From assembly GCA_951406725.2 (NCBI GenBank), contig OX597829.1, forward strand, positions 11,222,001 through 11,286,000: a stretch of 64,000 nucleotides of DNA, in the 5' to 3' direction. Made by a program: the position numbers and the translations under genes. The notes beneath the pieces are model-generated. The model saw only the letters and a program-made list of their open reading frames with translations. It was not told where the DNA came from and did not search any database. The stretch is from Octopus vulgaris (taxonomy: Eukaryota). Each line of letters begins with the position of its first letter. The stretch's first letter is position 1. Positions 62,697 through 64,000 of the stretch are shown here, piece by piece.

Positions 62697-63019
62697 TTCC
62701 TTTTTATTTTAAGCGCAAGACCTGAAATTTTGGGTTAGGAGACCAGCTGATTACAGCGATCCCATGATGAGGATGCTGATGATAATGATGATGATGAATA
62801 GCAACAACAACAACAATAATAATAGTGATTCCAAGTCTTCTTTGGAATGCTATTGTTTCATAGGGTGGGCAAATGGTGAGACCAGAAAGGAACAGAGAGG
62901 AACTCTAACTAACTGGTGGAGACCAAATATCCGTTTTATTCGAATGTGTGTGTGCGCACGCACGCGCGTGTGTGTGTGAAGCTGGGAAGAAAATATTAAG
63001 ATCTTTCCCGATTCATACA

Positions 63020-63243
63020 GCCTCATAGGGACGGTTAGTTTCCCAATTTCTGTAACGCATATATATTCTCCCCTGGACTGGACGTTGGTTTGTTACAGCA
63101 TTACTCAGTTTTGCCCGTTGAATGGACAGGAGAAACATGAAATGAAGTATCTTGCTCAAGAACATGAGGCAATGCTCAGTTCAGGAATCGAAACCACAAT
63201 GTTACGATCATTAGTACAGCACGCCAACCATTAAGCCGCGTGC
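63020..63243 (-). mobile_element. tRNA-derived CORE-like SINE, degenerate
   Basis: Minus strand cggcttaatggttggcg..ggtttcgattcctg..tgttcttgagcaagatact. Confidence 0.55.
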
Positions 63244-63546
63244 CTACACTGTGGAGTAAATGTCTCATGGAAAACGATCTGTCAAATTTCACATGCGATA
63301 GAGTATGACAGGCAAAACAGTGAATTCAAAATCGCCGATTATTACTGCAATTAGAAAGCAAAGCCGCCCTCTATGGGTGTTAAAAATCTAACAAGCAAAG
63401 GTGATAACTGCAATATCAGCTAATCCAAGCTTGTGAGACTCTAACATGTGTGCATGTACCTGTATATAGCGTGTGCGTATGTGTGTGTGAGTGTATCTAC
63501 TCGTGTATATGTGTGTGTGTGTATAGTATGTGAATATATATATGTA

Positions 63547-63580
<34 letters not shown>

Positions 63581-63640
63581 CATATATATACATATATATA
63601 TATGTATGTATGTATGTATATATATATGTTATTATTTATT

Positions 63641-63674
<34 letters not shown>

Positions 63675-64000
63675 AAGAGAGAGAGTGTGTGTGTGAGTGT
63701 GTGCGTGCATGTTCGGAGTGTATTTGCGGATGTGTTTACTTATCACACATTTGAATTTAGATTCCATAAATGTATATTTATGCATGTATAAATGTTTGTG
63801 CGTATCAGCGCGGCGTGTGTGAGTGTATGCAAGGGCGTGTGTGTGTGTTTGTGTGTGCATATATGTACATTTCTGTGTGCATGTAAGTGTAGATAAATAT
63901 ATAAACATATCAAAGTGCGCACGCACACGCGTATGTGTGTGTGTGTTGTAAATCGTGTCATATCTGTGTGTCTATGCGAACGAATTTTCTTGTGTGTGTA

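Overview
Eukaryotic, AT-rich, repeat-saturated DNA. The SINE consensus sequences and the microsatellite load suggest an octopus/coleoid cephalopod (inferred from recall, not from a search). No host protein-coding gene is supportable, and most ORFs in the track are translated microsatellites. The window is a mosaic of mobile elements, each in its own simple repeat. (1) At least 9 R4/Dong-clade non-LTR retrotransposon copies (restriction-like endonuclease, 3 families) lie on the minus strand in (TAA)n. (2) Four Tx1-type copies (APE endonuclease) are stacked in (GATA)n. (3) Several Penelope-like elements (RT/GIY-YIG remnants) occur, mostly in or near (TA)n, with inverted terminal repeats and type-I hammerhead ribozyme motifs. 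(4) Also present are a DD34E Tc1 element with IR/DR ends, a probable solo LTR inserted inside a hammerhead, a Helentron-type MITE, a foldback element with TTAGGG-like repeats, and many tRNA-derived SINEs. The most notable candidate is a ~555-bp non-coding, structured element found as three end-to-end copies in (TAA)n. It has the same junction phase as the Dong copies and a 3' GGGU-loop hairpin resembling one conserved by compensatory changes in the Dong 3' UTRs, so it may be a Dong-mobilised, microsatellite-targeting non-autonomous RNA. Boundaries were read by eye and are approximate.
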